Shown here one piece after another: positions 6,804 to 16,001 of a stretch of DNA of 32,000 bases (positions are counted from its first letter, which is position 1; each line of letters starts with the position of its first letter). The stretch is from Nitrosopumilus maritimus SCM1. Lineage in GTDB: Archaea > Thermoproteota > Nitrososphaeria > Nitrososphaerales > Nitrosopumilaceae. A program made the position numbers and the translations under genes. Below the pieces are notes generated by a model that saw only the letters and a program-made list of their open reading frames with translations, made no database searches and had not been told where the DNA came from. Location of the stretch: assembly GCF_000018465.1 (NCBI RefSeq), contig NC_010085.1, positions 1,380,001-1,412,000 of the forward strand, given 5' to 3'.

Positions 6804-8972
6804 TCAGTTATCTGGACAACCGTCAGTGTCTCTGTCACCATCATAGTCTTCAGGATCAAGTGGACACAAGTCTTCATCATTAATGATGTCATCTAGATCA
6901 TCATCATGGACAAATCTTTGTTGTTCTGGGGCAATATCTGGACAACCATCATCATCGTTGTATTTATTCCAGGTTTCTGGTTTTGATGGACAAGAATCAA
7001 TTGAATCATAGAATCCGTCACCATCAGAGTCAAATTTTGTTGGTGCTGTTGGTGCTGCAGCCAATATATCTGGGCAGCCATCCCAATCCAAGTATCCGTT
7101 AAAGTTCTCTTGTTCATCAAGACATGCATCCCATCTATCATCTATTCCATCACCATCAGCATCTGGGAAAGAATAGGATGAAGTCACAGTACCAGTAGAA
7201 TCAGGGCAACCGTCAGTATCTTGATAAAAATTATAAGTTTCAGGCTCTAGTGGGCAAGAGTCTAAAACATTTGGAATTCCATCCATGTCTGAATCAAGTG
7301 TAGATCGAGAATCATCAGGACAACCGTCAGTATCTTGGAATTTATTGTAAGTTTCAGGTTGTGTTGGACAGAGATCTAAATTATCAATAATGCCATCACC
7401 ATCAGAGTCATAGGCAGTAAAGCCATCTGTAAGAGAATCAGGACAACCGTCAGTATCTTGGAATTTATTGTAAGTTTCTTTTGCGGTAGGACATTGATCC
7501 ATTTTATCAATTATTCCATCTCCATCAGAATCTCCAAATGAATCATGTTCTATTGTATCAGGGCATCCATCTTCATCTTGGAATTTGTTGTAATTTTCTG
7601 CAATAGTAGGACATGAATCACGAACGTCAGGGATATGATCATAATCAGTATCAAGTAATGAAGATTTTGAAATTCCTGGAGTATCTGGACAGCCGTCAGA
7701 ATCTAAAAATCCGTTAAAGTTCTCTTGTTCATCAAGACATGCATCCCATCTATCATCTATTCCATCACCATCTGCATCTGGGAATGTATAAGAAAACAAA
7801 ACACCGTCAACAGAGTCTGGACAGCCGTCAGAATCTTGATAAAAGTTGTAAGTTTCAGGCTCTAGTGGACAAGAGTCTGAGACATTTGGAACACCATCTC
7901 TATCAGAGTCAAGTGTGGAAATAGAATAATCTGGGCAACCGTCAGAATCTTGGAATCCATTAAATGTTTCAGGTTGATTTGGACACCAATCTAAATTATC
8001 AATAATGCCATCACCATCAGAGTCATAGGCAGTAAAGCCATCTGTAAGAGAATCAGGGCAACCGTCAGAATCTTGGAGCTTGTTGTAAGTTTCAGGACTG
8101 TATGGACATGCATCATTTGCATTTAACAAACCATCACCATCTGCATCACCAGAAATTGGCAATTGTAAGACATCTGGACAGCCGTCAGAATCTTGGAACT
8201 TGTTGTAATTTTCACGTTCTAATGGACAAGCATCAACATCATCACCAATACTATCAAAATCAGAATCGATAAAGCCTTCTGAATCTACACCTGGAATATC
8301 AATACAACCATCTTGATCCTGGAAATTGTTATAGTTTTCAGGTTCGTTTAGACATTGATCCCATCTATCGTCTATTCCATCACCATCAGTATCTGGAAAT
8401 TGATAAAGAGAAGTTGTAGTGTCAACAGAGTCAGGACAGCCGTCAGAATCTTGATAAAAGTTGTAAGTTTCAGGCTCTAGTGGACAAGCATCTTTACCGT
8501 CAGAAATTCCATCTTGATCACGATCCAGTAGAGAATGATCATCATCAGGACAACCGTCAGTGTCATCAATTCCATTAAATGTTTCAGGTCTATTTGGACA
8601 CAAGTCTAGATAATCAGGAAAGCCGTCACCATCAGAGTCAGCAATTCCAGTATCACCATCAGGGGACAAATCAGGACAACCGTCAGTGTCTTGGAACTTG
8701 TTGTAAGTTTCTTTTACGGTCGGACATCTATCGATATGATCTTGGATACCATCATAATCAGCATCATACCAAGGAACAAAGTCTGCAGGACAGCCGTCAA
8801 TGTTGTTACCGTATTCAGGATCATAGTCCTCTAAGAGATGAGGACAAAAATCAACAGCATTTGGAACACCATCACCATCAGTGTCAATTGTAGTATTTGC
8901 AAAAACAATGTTTGGTGTCATTCCAATAGTTATGGTAAGTAAAATTAAAAATCCTAAAATATATTGTTTCAT
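6804..8972 (-). CDS. Secreted thrombospondin type-3-like (DxDxDG/CP) repeat protein, paralogue 1
   Basis: Signal peptide MKQYILGFLILLTITIGMTPNIVFA; the likely start is 14 codons inside the listed ORF (ATG at 8972). 17 modules of DxDxDGxxDxxDxCPxxPExYNxxxDxDGCPD. Confidence 0.85.
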   Translation of the reverse strand: MKQYILGFLILLTITIGMTPNIVFANTTIDTDGDGVPNAVDFCPHLLEDYDPEYGNNIDGCPADFVPWYDADYDGIQDHIDRCPTVKETYNKFQDTDGCPDLSPDGDTGIADSDGDGFPDYLDLCPNRPETFNGIDDTDGCPDDDHSLLDRDQDGISDGKDACPLEPETYNFYQDSDGCPDSVDTTTSLYQFPDTDGDGIDDRWDQCLNEPENYNNFQDQDGCIDIPGVDSEGFIDSDFDSIGDDVDACPLERENYNKFQDSDGCPDVLQLPISGDADGDGLLNANDACPYSPETYNKLQDSDGCPDSLTDGFTAYDSDGDGIIDNLDWCPNQPETFNGFQDSDGCPDYSISTLDSDRDGVPNVSDSCPLEPETYNFYQDSDGCPDSVDGVLFSYTFPDADGDGIDDRWDACLDEQENFNGFLDSDGCPDTPGISKSSLLDTDYDHIPDVRDSCPTIAENYNKFQDEDGCPDTIEHDSFGDSDGDGIIDKMDQCPTAKETYNKFQDTDGCPDSLTDGFTAYDSDGDGIIDNLDLCPTQPETYNKFQDTDGCPDDSRSTLDSDMDGIPNVLDSCPLEPETYNFYQDTDGCPDSTGTVTSSYSFPDADGDGIDDRWDACLDEQENFNGYLDWDGCPDILAAAPTAPTKFDSDGDGFYDSIDSCPSKPETWNKYNDDDGCPDIAPEQQRFVHDDDLDDIINDEDLCPLDPEDYDGDRDTDGCPDN
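7121..8360 (-). repeat. 615-bp higher-order tandem repeat inside paralogue 1
   Basis: The same landmark (gacatgcatcccatctatc / gacattgatcccatctatc, encoding DRWDxC) starts at 7121, 7736 and 8351, exactly 615 bp apart. Confidence 0.85.
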
Positions 8973-9054
8973 AATCCCTGATTTCGCTATTATCAAGTAT
9001 TTATTAAGTCTCACGTTAAATAGATTTTTTCGAAATACTAGAAATCAGTATTGA

Positions 9055-11223
9055 TTATGGATCAGGACAACCGTCAGTGTCTCTGTCACCATCATAGTCT
9101 TCAGGATCAAGTGGACACAAGTCTTCATCATTAATGATGTCATCTAGATCATCATCATGGACAAATCTCTGTTGTTCTGGAGCAATATCAGGACAGCCAT
9201 CTTTATCGAGATATTTGTTCCAGGTTTCGGGTTTTGATGGACAAGAATCAATTGAATCAGGATAGCCGTCACCATCAGAGTCAGCATATACAGGGGCAGT
9301 GGATTCTGCACCTAGGACATCAGGACAACCGTCCCAATCTAGATAATCATTATAGTTTTCTGGCTCATAAATACAAGCATCCCATCTATCTTCAATTCCA
9401 TCACCGTCAGTGTCAGGGAATGTATATCCAGATAGTGCACCATCAACTGAATCAGGACAACCATCAGTGTCTTGGTATTTATTGTAAGTCTCAGGTTCTA
9501 GTGGGCATGCATCATTAATGTCTAAAATTCCATCCATATCTGAATCAAGTTTAGAAATAGAATCATCTGGACAACCATCAGTGTCTTGGAATCCATTGTA
9601 AGTTTCAGGTCTAGTAGGACACAAGTCTAGATAATCAAATATTCCATCACCATCAGTGTCAGCAGATAGTTTGTTATCAGCAACCCAATCAGGGCAACCG
9701 TCAGTGTCTTGGAATTTATTGTAAGTTTCTTTTGCAGTAGGACATTGATCCACATCATCAAATATTCCATCTCCATCATAGTCACCTACTGTTTGATGAA
9801 CAACACTGTCAGGGCATCCATCTTCATCTTGGAATTTATTATATCTTTCAGCAATAGTTGGACATTCATCCAAGTGGTCTGCAATACCATCATAATCAGA
9901 ATCAATCATATCAGTTCCAGAAGTACCTACAATTTCAGGGCAACCGTCGTCATCTAAAAATCCATTATAGTTTTCTGGCTCATGAATACAAGCATCCCAT
10001 CTATCTTCAATTCCATCACCGTCAGTGTCAGGGAATGTATATCCAGATAGTGCACCATCAACTGAATCAGGACAACCATCAGTGTCTTGGTATTTATTGT
10101 AAGTCTCAGGTTCTAGTGGGCATGCATCATTAATGTCTAAAATTCCATCCATGTCTGCATCAAATCTATAAAGTGAATCATCAGGACAACCATCAGTATC
10201 TTGGAATTTATTGTAAGTTTCAGGTCTAGTAGGACACAAGTCTAGATTATCAATAATTCCATCACCATCAGTGTCAGCAGATAGTTTGTTATCAGCAACC
10301 CAATCAGGGCAACCGTCAGTGTCTAAGTATTTGTTATAAGTCTCAGGACTAAATGGACACGAATCATTTTGATCAAGTATTCCATCTCCATCAGAATCAC
10401 CAAAGATTACATGTTTGACAACATCTGGGCAACCGTCAGTGTCTTCAAATTTATTATAATTTTCACGATCTAATGGACAAGCATCAACATCATCAGGAAT
10501 GCCATCAAAGTCAGCATCAGGAGCTGTAGGATTCGTCACTCCAGGAATATCAGGACAACCGTCCCAATCTAGATTATTATTATAATTTTCTGGCTCATGA
10601 ATACAAGCATCCCATCTATCTTCAATTCCATCACCGTCAGTGTCAGGGAATGTATATCCAGATAGTGCACCATCAACTGAATCAGGACAACCATCAGTGT
10701 CTTGGTATTTGTTGTAAGTCTCAGGTTCTAGTGGACAAGTATCTTTACCGTCAGAAATTCCATCTTGATCACGATCCATTATAGAACGATCATCATCAGG
10801 ACAACCGTCAGTGTCATCAATTCCATTAAATGTTTCAGGTCTATTTGGACACAAGTCTAGATAATCAGGAAAGCCATCGCCATCGGTATCAGCAACATTT
10901 TTTGGACCATCAGGGGACAAATCAGGACAACCGTCAGTGTCTTGGAAACGATTGTAGGTTTCTTTTACGGTTGGACAGTTATCAACATGATCTTGAATAC
11001 CATCATAATCAGCATCATACCATGGAACAAAGTCTGCAGGACAACCGTCAATGTTGTTACCGTATTCAGGATCATAGTCCTCTAAGAGATGAGGACATTG
11101 ATCAACAGCATTTGGAACACCATCACCATCAGTGTCAATTGTAGTATTTGCAAAAACACTGTTTGGTGTCATTCCAATAGTTATGGTAAGTAAAATTAAA
11201 AATCCTAAAAGATATTGTTTCAT
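9055..11223 (-). CDS. Secreted thrombospondin type-3-like repeat protein, paralogue 2
   Basis: Signal peptide MKQYLLGFLILLTITIGMTPNSVFA (ATG at 11223), then 17 modules, closely related to paralogue 1. Confidence 0.85.
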   Translation of the reverse strand: MKQYLLGFLILLTITIGMTPNSVFANTTIDTDGDGVPNAVDQCPHLLEDYDPEYGNNIDGCPADFVPWYDADYDGIQDHVDNCPTVKETYNRFQDTDGCPDLSPDGPKNVADTDGDGFPDYLDLCPNRPETFNGIDDTDGCPDDDRSIMDRDQDGISDGKDTCPLEPETYNKYQDTDGCPDSVDGALSGYTFPDTDGDGIEDRWDACIHEPENYNNNLDWDGCPDIPGVTNPTAPDADFDGIPDDVDACPLDRENYNKFEDTDGCPDVVKHVIFGDSDGDGILDQNDSCPFSPETYNKYLDTDGCPDWVADNKLSADTDGDGIIDNLDLCPTRPETYNKFQDTDGCPDDSLYRFDADMDGILDINDACPLEPETYNKYQDTDGCPDSVDGALSGYTFPDTDGDGIEDRWDACIHEPENYNGFLDDDGCPEIVGTSGTDMIDSDYDGIADHLDECPTIAERYNKFQDEDGCPDSVVHQTVGDYDGDGIFDDVDQCPTAKETYNKFQDTDGCPDWVADNKLSADTDGDGIFDYLDLCPTRPETYNGFQDTDGCPDDSISKLDSDMDGILDINDACPLEPETYNKYQDTDGCPDSVDGALSGYTFPDTDGDGIEDRWDACIYEPENYNDYLDWDGCPDVLGAESTAPVYADSDGDGYPDSIDSCPSKPETWNKYLDKDGCPDIAPEQQRFVHDDDLDDIINDEDLCPLDPEDYDGDRDTDGCPDP
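9371..10760 (-). repeat. 615-bp higher-order tandem repeat inside paralogue 2
   Basis: Landmark atacaagcatcccatctatcttcaattccatcaccgtcagtgtcagggaatgtatatccagatagtgcaccatcaactgaatcagg starts at 9371, 9986 and 10601, exactly 615 bp apart. Confidence 0.9.
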
Positions 11224-11234
11224 GTTACAAGCAC

Positions 11235-13670
11235 CTAAGAGTCTGGACAACCGTCAGTGTCATTGTCACCGTCATAGTCCTCTGGTTCAAGTGGGCAGAG
11301 ATCATGTTCATTGATGATATCATCTAAATCAGCATCGTGTTTGTATCTTGATTGTTCTGGAGCAATATCAGGGCAACCATCAGCATCGTTGTATTTGTTC
11401 CAAGATTCTTTAAGATTTGGACACAAATCAACATTATCATTAATTCCATCGCCATCACTATCAATTACAACATTTCCAATTGGAAGAGTATCTGGACATC
11501 CGTCATAGTCAACATAATTATTCCAGGTTTCATTTTGAGTTGGGCACATATCCATTACATCAGGTACACCATCACCATCGGTATCTGGTTGGACATTATC
11601 AACATCAGGGCAACCATCTTCATCTTGGAAGCCGTTGTAATTTTCTGCAACTAGTGGACAATCATCATCAACATCAAGAATTCCATCATTGTCTGAATCA
11701 ACTACAAATGATTCAGATATTGTATCTGGACATCCGTCATCGTCTTGGAATTTATTCCAAGTTTCTTTTGCAGTTGGACATGCATCAATTGCATCAGGAA
11801 TACCATCTTGATCTCTGTCATAACCTAGGATGTAATCATCAGGACAGCCATCAAGATCAAGAATTCCATTATAGGTTTCTGGTTGATTTGGGCAATGATC
11901 ATTGTAATCATTTATTCCATCATTATCTGAATCTGGAGAACCTTTGTTATCTGCAACAGAATCAGGACAACCATCCAAGTCTTGGAATCTGTTGTAAGTT
12001 TCTGGAACAAGAGGACATTGATCTTCCAAGTCAACTATTCCATCAAAGTCTGAATCCATGCTAGTAAGGAAGTCAGGATAGTCAGGACAGCCATCTTCAT
12101 CTTGGAATCCATTGTATCTTTCTCTATCTAGTGGACATTCATCTACAGAGTCTAAAATACCATCAAAGTCTGAATCTCCTTCACCAGGAGTATCTGGACA
12201 TCCGTCATCGTCGTTGTATCTATTCCATGTTTCAGGTTCTGATGGACATTGATCTAAACTATCTCTAATTCCATCACCATCTGAATCCATAACAGATTCA
12301 TCTGGACATCCATCTTTATCTTGATATCCGTTGAATGTTTCAGGTCTTAGTGGACATTGATCATTCAAGTCAGAAATTCCATCACCATCAAAGTCCAATG
12401 CTGAAAGTCCAGACACAGAATCAGGACAACCATCAGAATCTTGGAACTTGTTGTAAGTTTCTTTTGCAGTAGGACACTGATCTAATCCATCAATAATACC
12501 ATCTCTATCACGGTCACCAGTACCATAAGAGTCAGGACAACCATCTCGGTCTTGGAATCCATTATGAATTTCTGGTTGATTTGGGCACAAGTCTCGGTTG
12601 TCAATTATGCCATCACCATCTGAATCAATTGCACCTCTGTTGTCTGCAACAAAGTCTGGACAGCCATCAAGGTCTTGGAATTTATTGTAAGTTTCTTTCA
12701 CAGTAGGACATTGATCAATACTATTTGGAATTCCATCCATGTCTGAATCACTATCACTTGTATAAGGTGGAATATCTGGGCAACCGTCATCATCTTGGAA
12801 TCCATTGTATCTTTCAGGTTCTAGTGGACATGCATCATCAGTATCCATTATTCTATCACCATCTGCATCATTTAAAGAACCAATAAAGGATGGAATAGAA
12901 TCTGGGCAACCGTCATAATCAGCAAAGCGATTAAAAGTTTCAGGATCAGTAGGACAAATATCAAATTGATTTGCAATTCCATCACCATCAGTATCAATGA
13001 AATCAGAATCTAATGTAACATCTGGACAACCGTCAGTGTCTAAATAATCATTATACACTTCAGGTTCTGTTGGACACAAATCTAGTGAATCTTTTATGCC
13101 ATCATTATCGGTATCAATAAAAGCTAAATCATTTTGTGCATCAGGGCAACCATCTGCATCTTGGAATCTATTGTAAGTTTCTGGACTTAGTGGACATGCA
13201 TCAATTGCATCAGGAACTCCATCTCTATCACGGTCACCAGAACCAAAGTCATCTGGACAACCATCTCTATCTAAAATGCCATTGAATGTTTCTGGTTGAT
13301 TAGGACATTTATCTACAGTATCTACAAATCCATCACCGTCAGAGTCAGGCAATCCACCAGGTCCTCCTTGAGGAGAAATATCTGGACAACCATCTTCATC
13401 TTGGAATTTATTGTATTTTTCTCTAAGATTTGGACATTGATCAATATGATCTTCTATTCCATCATAATCTTCATCATACCATGGAACAAAATTTGATGGA
13501 CAACCATCTATGGCACCTTCATTATCTTCACGTAAATTAGGACATGCATCAACAGTATCATCAACACCGTCATTATCTAAGTCAGTTGCTGCAAATGCAG
13601 GATTCATAGGCATACTAGTTAGAGTCGTTAACAGTAACAATAGGAATGGTAAAGTGTGTATTTTCTTCAA
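11235..13670 (-). CDS. Secreted thrombospondin type-3-like repeat protein, paralogue 3
   Basis: TTG start at 13670 preceded in frame by TAG GCA. Signal-like KKIHTLPFLLLLLTTLTSMPMNPAFA, then 20 DxDxDG/CP modules. Confidence 0.85.
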   Translation of the reverse strand: MKKIHTLPFLLLLLTTLTSMPMNPAFAATDLDNDGVDDTVDACPNLREDNEGAIDGCPSNFVPWYDEDYDGIEDHIDQCPNLREKYNKFQDEDGCPDISPQGGPGGLPDSDGDGFVDTVDKCPNQPETFNGILDRDGCPDDFGSGDRDRDGVPDAIDACPLSPETYNRFQDADGCPDAQNDLAFIDTDNDGIKDSLDLCPTEPEVYNDYLDTDGCPDVTLDSDFIDTDGDGIANQFDICPTDPETFNRFADYDGCPDSIPSFIGSLNDADGDRIMDTDDACPLEPERYNGFQDDDGCPDIPPYTSDSDSDMDGIPNSIDQCPTVKETYNKFQDLDGCPDFVADNRGAIDSDGDGIIDNRDLCPNQPEIHNGFQDRDGCPDSYGTGDRDRDGIIDGLDQCPTAKETYNKFQDSDGCPDSVSGLSALDFDGDGISDLNDQCPLRPETFNGYQDKDGCPDESVMDSDGDGIRDSLDQCPSEPETWNRYNDDDGCPDTPGEGDSDFDGILDSVDECPLDRERYNGFQDEDGCPDYPDFLTSMDSDFDGIVDLEDQCPLVPETYNRFQDLDGCPDSVADNKGSPDSDNDGINDYNDHCPNQPETYNGILDLDGCPDDYILGYDRDQDGIPDAIDACPTAKETWNKFQDDDGCPDTISESFVVDSDNDGILDVDDDCPLVAENYNGFQDEDGCPDVDNVQPDTDGDGVPDVMDMCPTQNETWNNYVDYDGCPDTLPIGNVVIDSDGDGINDNVDLCPNLKESWNKYNDADGCPDIAPEQSRYKHDADLDDIINEHDLCPLEPEDYDGDNDTDGCPDS

Positions 13671-13695
13671 TGCCTAAAATATTCCTGAGGATCCA

Positions 13696-13705
13696 GTTAT
13701 TAAAC
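13696..13705 (-). promoter_or_regulatory. TATA-like box for paralogue 3 (TTG start)
   Basis: Minus strand GTTTAATAAC, about 26 nt upstream of the TTG at 13670. Confidence 0.4.
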
Positions 13706-13776
13706 CTCACTCTAAATTCGACCAAAAATATCAATGGTTTTGGGAAAATTTCAATCCTTTACAAAAAAACTCGATC

Positions 13777-13788
13777 AATTTAAGTAAA
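13777..13788 (+). promoter_or_regulatory. TATA-like box for taw1
   Basis: AATTTAAGTAAA, about 25 nt upstream of the ATG at 13809. Confidence 0.35.
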
Positions 13789-13808
13789 CCAAAACAAGAT
13801 CTGGACTT

Positions 13809-14834
13809 ATGAGTTGTTCTGGAGAGGTAGTTGAAGAAGAGCAACTAATTCAGATCAAGCCTGCAATTTCTGAGCAATTAAAAAAAGCAAAGTATGGGGT
13901 TTCAGATCATTCTACTGTAGAACTATGTCATTGGACAAAAAAATCATTCAAGCATGAAGGTAGTTGCTATAAACACAAGTTTTATGGAATTTCAACTCAC
14001 AGGTGTATGGAATTTTCGCCAGCTGGGATGCATTGTGAAAATCGTTGTGTGTATTGTTGGAGACCAATGGAGTTTTATGATTCATTAGAAATGAAACCAG
14101 AACAAGTTGCCGAACCTGAAGAAATTTTAACTAAACTGATGGCTGAAAGAAAAAAATTGATCAATGGGTATTATGGTGATTCAAGAAATGATAAACAAAG
14201 ATTAGATGAGTCATTACTTCCTAGTCACTATGCAATTTCACTTTCAGGTGAACCAACAATGTATCCAAAATTACCAGAGTTGATAAAGTATCTAAATTCA
14301 CTTGAAGCAACAAAATCAATTTTTCTTGTTACAAATGGTCAGGAACCAGATATGATTCAAAAACTACAAGACGAAGATGCACTTCCAACACAATTGTATT
14401 TATCAACTAATGCAGCAGACTATGAATCATTTTTGAAAATTAACAAACCAAAATATGATGACTCATGGGAAAGATGGAATAGAACACTTGGGATGTTAAA
14501 GCATCTCAACACACGAACGGTTCTACGAATAACCTTGATTAGAAATTATAATGATCAGAAATCTATGATTCCAGCATTTGCAAAAATGTTCAAAGAAGCA
14601 AGCCCACATTTTATAGAAATAAAATCATACATGCATATTGGACGTTCTACCAACAGATTAGAACATTCAAACATGTTAGAGATGGAAGAAGTGAAAAGAT
14701 TTAGTGAACAAATTGCAAAGCAAAGTCAAATATTTTCAGTAATGGATGAAAGTTTTGTTTCACGAATTTCAATTTTACAAAATAATGAAAGGTTTATCGA
14801 TCGTTGGATTCCAGCTTATGTAAATACCAATTAG
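13809..14834 (+). CDS. taw1: 4-demethylwyosine synthase (radical SAM, TYW1/Taw1)
   Basis: FSPAGMHCENRCVYCWRPMEF radical SAM motif, plus AISLSGEPTMYPKLPEL, LVTNGQ and EIKSYMHIGRSTNRLE typical of Taw1. Confidence 0.93.
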   Translation: MSCSGEVVEEEQLIQIKPAISEQLKKAKYGVSDHSTVELCHWTKKSFKHEGSCYKHKFYGISTHRCMEFSPAGMHCENRCVYCWRPMEFYDSLEMKPEQVAEPEEILTKLMAERKKLINGYYGDSRNDKQRLDESLLPSHYAISLSGEPTMYPKLPELIKYLNSLEATKSIFLVTNGQEPDMIQKLQDEDALPTQLYLSTNAADYESFLKINKPKYDDSWERWNRTLGMLKHLNTRTVLRITLIRNYNDQKSMIPAFAKMFKEASPHFIEIKSYMHIGRSTNRLEHSNMLEMEEVKRFSEQIAKQSQIFSVMDESFVSRISILQNNERFIDRWIPAYVNTN

Positions 14835-15369
14835 AGAATTTTTTTAATGCTTTGAATCTGTGTGATAATTCATTTTTGTGATTAATTTCTGCAAAAGTTT
14901 TTCTAGAATTTTTTGGAATGAATATTGGATCATATCCCCAACCCTTACCCTTTTGAGATTTTGAAATAGTACCATCTAATTTTGCGTCAAAAGTTTTGAG
15001 ATTTTTTTTATCACAATAAGTAATAAGAGAAACAAACTTTGCATTTCTTTTTGATGAAAGTAGCTTTAGAATTCCATTGTTGCCAATTGTTCTGAACACA
15101 TATGATGAATAAGGACCTGGAAACCCATTCAAAGAATCAATGAATAAACCATCATCTTCAATAATTATTGGTTTTTTACATTTAGAAAATGCATCTTTAG
15201 CTTTGTTTTCTGCAATCTCTTTTAGAGAATTGGATTGGATTTCTTCCAAAGTTAATTTGAGAAAACCTAATTTTATTCCAAAGGAATCTAGAATATTTTT
15301 TGCCTCTTTGTATTTGTGAGAGTTTGAGGATACAAAGTATAGATCAAACGACTTGTGCATATCTACCAC
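14794..15369 (-). CDS. XTP/dITP pyrophosphatase (RdgB/HAM1 family)
   Basis: FVSSNSHKYKEAKNIL, IIEDDGLFIDSLNGFPGPYSS and GWGYDPIFIPKNSRKTFAE(I)..KNELSHR are HAM1 motifs. An alternative start is the Met three codons in. Confidence 0.93.
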   Translation of the reverse strand: MVDMHKSFDLYFVSSNSHKYKEAKNILDSFGIKLGFLKLTLEEIQSNSLKEIAENKAKDAFSKCKKPIIIEDDGLFIDSLNGFPGPYSSYVFRTIGNNGILKLLSSKRNAKFVSLITYCDKKNLKTFDAKLDGTISKSQKGKGWGYDPIFIPKNSRKTFAEINHKNELSHRFKALKKFSNWYLHKLESNDR

Positions 15370-15979
15370 GACTTTCTATATCAGATACCAATTTAGTAAT
15401 TTTCACATAATTGGTATTACCAACTACATATTTGTATCCAAGTAGGAAATTTTTCCAAGCAGGAATCATGATTTTTGCATGGGCACTGTTCAAGATTTCC
15501 TTGATTAATCGTAAATCAACTGCATGATCTTCAGGTTTTATTGTATTTTGTGACAAGCCAAAATCAATAACATAGACATTATTTTTGAAGAAAATAAAAT
15601 TTGAAGTGGTTAAATCCCCATGCATAATGCCATTTTTGTGAAGCATTCCAACTAATTTTCCAATTGTTTTAGATAATTGAATTATTTTTGATTCTGATAA
15701 ATCATGAACTGGTTTTCCAGGAATTTCTTGCATGATAATTGATGTGTTTTTTAGATTTACAAAATAAATCAGAGGTGCAGGAATACCAAATGATTTTACT
15801 TGTGAGATTATTTGAGATTCTTTGATAGTTCGTTGTTTTCGAATTTTTGAGTCAAGAGAAGAATTTCTATAATTTTTTGTCTTTCTAATTTTCAGAATTG
15901 CATTAGAATTTTGCCACATAGTTTGGTAAATATCAGCTTCTGCACCTTTTTTGATCAATTTCATTAACGTTATATTCAA
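15344..15979 (-). CDS. bud32: KEOPS-associated kinase Bud32
   Basis: IKKGAEADIY, MHGDLTTSNF, VYVIDFGLS and EDHAVDLRLIKEIL are piD261/Bud32 motifs. Confidence 0.93.
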   Translation of the reverse strand: MNITLMKLIKKGAEADIYQTMWQNSNAILKIRKTKNYRNSSLDSKIRKQRTIKESQIISQVKSFGIPAPLIYFVNLKNTSIIMQEIPGKPVHDLSESKIIQLSKTIGKLVGMLHKNGIMHGDLTTSNFIFFKNNVYVIDFGLSQNTIKPEDHAVDLRLIKEILNSAHAKIMIPAWKNFLLGYKYVVGNTNYVKITKLVSDIESRGRYAQVV

Positions 15980-16001
15980 ATGAATTCAATAAAAATTAAT
16001 C

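Noticed and set aside
6893-12064. Many long ORFs on the + strand opposite the repeat genes (6893-7141, 9858-10133, 11480-12064 and others), giving His/Gln/Leu-rich or Ile-rich peptides
   Set aside because: They are mirror images of the periodic DxDxDG/CP coding sequence (low-complexity, repeated in step with the minus-strand modules), lack family motifs, and recur identically in duplicated blocks.
6804-13670. Regularly spaced short direct repeats that could be mistaken for a CRISPR array
   Set aside because: Repeats are imperfect, always in frame in long ORFs, encode a recognisable protein module, and lack distinct spacers or nearby cas genes.
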